Positions 49,679 to 64,000 of a stretch of DNA of 64,000 nucleotides are shown in pieces; positions within the stretch are counted from its first letter, which is position 1, and each line of letters opens with the position of its first letter. The notes below the pieces were generated by a model that was not told the DNA's origin, did no database searches, and saw only the letters and a program-made list of their open reading frames with translations. The stretch is taken from NCBI RefSeq assembly GCF_964204865.1, contig NC_135259.1, forward strand, positions 14,880,001-14,944,000. The letters run 5' to 3'. Both the position numbers and the translations under genes were made by a program. The stretch is from Styela clava (lineage: Eukaryota).

Positions 49679-52600
49679 GTGGTGGTGGCAAACAAACCTC
49701 ACTTGTCCTAGCCTGAAATAAAAAGAACGAAGAAAAACAGATCAGTTCGGGGTAATGACAGGATTGTACAACGATATAATTCGTCACGAATTGCAAGCTT
49801 GAAACGTTTTGTATGAGACTGTTTATATTTACTTCAAAATTGAGGTAACTTTTGTTGAAGTTTTTAAAGCTGTGAATCATGGACGAAATGTACCTAAGAT
49901 ATGAGCAATATTTATCTAGCCCCATTAGCACGAAACTAAGCTTCTAAATATGAAGTAAAATAAATAGCATTTTAGTGTAGTGATGTACCAATAAACTAAT
50001 TCCGTTAGATCTTGATCAAAAATTGTTGTCAGATTGATGTTTTTGCGGTATCCCGCAAGTACTCACAATTTCAGGTATGTCACCAAACTTTAAACGTTTG
50101 AATATACAACCGTTTATTTGCTGAAATCTTTTAGTGACCTTCAAAGACTTTCACTTTAAATTTTTTAGGATTATTCCACGTAGAATCAAAGTACGTTTTT
50201 CCATGGTTGGCCTACTCTAGTTATTACCACATATGTACGTTTGTTTATGGCCTGTGTTAAAATATGTACAATTTACTAACAGTAAATGTATATATGTAAA
50301 AAACACATCGCGACGGATGATGAGAAACATTTATGATATATTGAGTAAGGGTGAAATATTATGAAATGCCATTATTTGCAATCATGTGATTGAATGCCGT
50401 ATTTGTTTAAGAGCTCCGGCTGTATTGACATTAAACGATTGTTTAGAGATTTGTCGTTACATCGGTATCAGGAATTGCCTGACGTGGTTTCTATTCAGCT
50501 GAAGATCGCAGAGAAAGAACAAAATATAGAACATGACAAGTTCTAATTTAGCAATTTTGTGGGCTACACATATCGGGTTCAATTTTATTTTCATCACCTC
50601 ACCCAGGGTGAAATAGATTGGGTAGACAATGCGGAACCGGAAATATTGAGGTCATAGAAATTGTAGATGTTAACTTATTGGTAGGCATCATTGGCTGCTA
50701 ACATAGTGCTTTGCTCGGACGTGAATAAGCGTCATATATATAGAGAAAAAAGCTGAGTCTAAACAGTGAGATCCACACAGAGGAGTTTCAATATGGACAA
50801 ATAAATGATTTTGAACTCAATTCAGAACATTCAACATTAATAAGTGAATATGGTTTAACAGCTGTTAGTCGGATACACCTTTACGTTTAGATAAGAAATT
50901 TGGTCACAATGTCAGGTGTTTCCTACATTTTGGGGTCGCAATTGAGACCGACCGACCGACTGTTGGAGCAATTATAGAAAACCGAATGATAGTTCACTCA
51001 GGAATCATTAAAACACAGACTATAGGCGTTGGAATTGCGTGCATAGAAGTGTGCGTTACGATTTTGCAATTAAAAGACGTCAGAAAACCTGGAAAGCTAA
51101 CTATTTGACCTTATATGGCGGATGTCTTATGACAGCAGATGACCTTATACCCTTTTCATTTTGCACTAATGTCGAAGGTAAATTTTCAATCTTAACTAAT
51201 TTTGCCTTTTCTTACTTTTGTTTGTTGTTTTTATAATATTTCAAACTATTATTAAGTACAGGATTATAATGTTCATATTTTGAACTATTCAAGGATGTGT
51301 CGTCATTTTTATTAATTTCCGTTTTTACTAAAAACATGCGTGGTCTGCATATACTGTAAACTAAAGTGCATGTAAGTGCATTAGCTAAATATGCTAATTT
51401 TGATTCTAACTGCACTGTTAAGTATTGTAGAAAACTTTAATGTAATTTCAATGTATTAGACTTGATAATAGGGGTGTACATGTAGACAATTTATTCCTCG
51501 GGTTTGCTTGGTATGGAAGAACATCATCTAGCCAAATAAACTAGAATTGAAAATGTTGTATTACTCCAAAATCGAATATAGTTTACAAATTTTTCCAAAA
51601 AGTAAATCGTGAATTTCCATGTGAATAAAAGTCAACTTGGTGACGAAAAATGAAAAACTTTGCCACAAAAATTACCTCAATACGTAACACTTCGATGAGG
51701 TTCACTCACGGAAGTCCAGAATACGATGCGATTACCGGTGCCCAGATACTGTCTAATACATTGACCTTATAGTGAGGTGATTCACAATATAATTTCAATA
51801 TAAAATTACAATAAAATATAAGTAAATTTGTGAATATTTTGAAATATCGTGCAGTTGATTAAATAGAAAATTGATTCGCAACAACATCATTACGAATACC
51901 TCGTAAAACGCCCAACGTAAAAAGTTTAAGCAATAAAAAATGTGTAATTAATAAGTATTTAATAGTTCATTATTTTATTATATTATACATGAGATAATGT
52001 TGACTGACCTCGTTGTATATTAGTAGAGCGGAACATTTTAAATACTTTTAAAAAATCGGTGATTTACATGCATTTTACAGTTACCATATATCAAATCAAC
52101 AAACGAATTCAGTTGTTGAAAATATGTGTAACTAAACGGTACGTGTACAAATGTATTATTATCTTTGTGTCAAGACTGAACGGAAACCTTCGTTATGTCA
52201 CATAACAATTATCTAGATATGCATTAACGCATTGAAGTTTGTTAATTTTACTATTTTTCTTGTAGTTATATAAACATCTGCATGTACCCGAATTAGGGCT
52301 TATCAACAAGTTTCGTACACATTAGATTGTTTGCGAAAGTTGAATTTATGCATTTTAAAACAATGCAGTTTAGGTAAATAACTCAAACAAAGAGAATATA
52401 TGACACTTGCAACATATTTGTGGATTTAGAAATAAATATAGATTGTTATGCAGTCTACCCCAGAACACGAAATTATGTAAACACAAATAAAAGCCGTAAT
52501 TCTTCACGTAGAACAGAAGAACATTAACGATGACTGGGATTGCGAGGATAATAGTTATATTGGGATATTGCCTGAATTGGGAGGGATTTATACTGAAAAG

Positions 52601-53581
52601 AATGTACCAAAGGGTGCTTCCATGTCTTTAGTTGCGAGGTTATTTTACGTGTTTCAACCCCACGGAACCACGGTTTCTGAAATATCCGACACCAAATAAC
52701 TTCAAGCAAGCTATACTGATACTTTGATGAGAATTTTGTTGGAAAAGCGGATAACTTGTCCTTTATATACTTTTTTATATGCAGTATATTTCAGTTATAT
52801 TGAATGACCCTAAAAATATTCCATAGAAAATGGTAGCCAGCAATGAAACTTTTTTTTTGAATATCAAAATTAATGTTTGTCAATTTGAGTGACGTACATA
52901 TGTTACAGTATTTTTGGACATGGTTGCTTTATATTTTATACAATGCAGTTTCGTCTGGTCTCTATTTTTAGAAATAGCAATGACTAGTGTACAGGAAAGC
53001 ATTAATGTTTTGGGATATAAAGATGCGTGTGGCAATGGTATAGAATTTGTATAATATGAAAATAGCCCGAATACTTAGTCAAGAAGTAAAGTATAACGGG
53101 GAATTTCTGCAAAAATGATGGCAATCCTTGTCAAAAGATTTCAATTTGTTAGAACGTTATTTTTTTGTCATCATAGTAATTCCTATGTGTACATCAAACA
53201 TGCTATTTATATGCATGATAACAAAAAGCATATTTTAACGAAAATAACTATAAATAGCTCGTAAATAAAAGGATCATATATTTGTAACATTAAAATAATC
53301 ATCGATTTTATTCCAAATCTTATTTTTCATGATGATTTTTTGTCAATAATTTTATCTATTTGTGACAGATATCTTGATAGAATAAGATACACTTCAAGTC
53401 TAGTTTATATTCCTGCAACACGTCAGCCATCTGCTTGCATTATTGTTTATTCATGAGCTGTATCTGATTGTGACGTTTTCATAAAAATAAAATAAAGAAA
53501 CAAAAGAGTGAGGAGCAAAAAACGAGCAGATTCGTTCTATTACTAAGAAGTCTATGCTTATAACGTTGCAGCGTCCGGGTA

Positions 53582-63620
<10,039 letters not shown>

Positions 63621-64000
63621 GTACAATTTAGTATATATTATTTTTTTAAATACATTTCTGCGATTTTTTCACAATTCAAAAATTAATCTTTTATAAATAT
63701 TTTCATTTCAATACCTTCCCACTAGTAGAAACAATCGCTTACCAAATTTCAAAAAAAAGGTGAACACATTTACGGGAAGAGGGACATCATATTTGGTTAT
63801 AGACAGTAACTAAAGATTCTAATAAAAAATTGAGAATTAAAAGCTCGCGAGTTTGGGTTTTTGGATGAATGTTATTAGCACATGTTACTGAGTACGGTTT
63901 TAGCGACTTTTCGTCTAACATAGACCACTAGAGAGAGCCACCCAGTACACCAGTAGGCTGGGTTATCTGTGAACCGCGTCATAAAGTATTGAATTCAGCG

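Overview
AT-rich, intron-rich eukaryotic (animal) DNA. The gene content and repeat landscape are consistent with a marine invertebrate, possibly an ascidian, but that taxon call is inference. Seven protein-coding genes can be reconstructed with phase-consistent splice sites: two intronless tandem rhodanese-domain genes (-); ERCC6/CSB (+, 26 exons), head-to-head with the rhodanese pair; GET4 (-, 9 exons), head-to-head with DMC1 (+, 11 exons); a 20-exon secreted GH31 glycosidase with a YihQ-like WMxDFGE nucleophile motif (+); and the 5' part of PLEKHD1 (+, runs off the window). Introns and intergenic DNA contain many non-autonomous elements: a Merlin-like MITE family (GG..CC ends, 8-bp TSDs) whose arms carry YY1-consensus and telomere-repeat motifs, several hAT MITEs with 8-bp TSDs, and two tRNA-derived SINE families. 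The strongest leads are the bacterial-type GH31 and rhodanese genes, twin PAR-bZIP palindromes in the ERCC6 bidirectional promoter, an inverted SINE pair around an in-frame GET4 exon, a duplicated intronic hairpin at a fixed distance from 3' splice sites, and possible operon/SL trans-splicing junctions. No CRISPR array, rRNA or intact tRNA gene was seen. All family calls come from motif recognition, not database searches.
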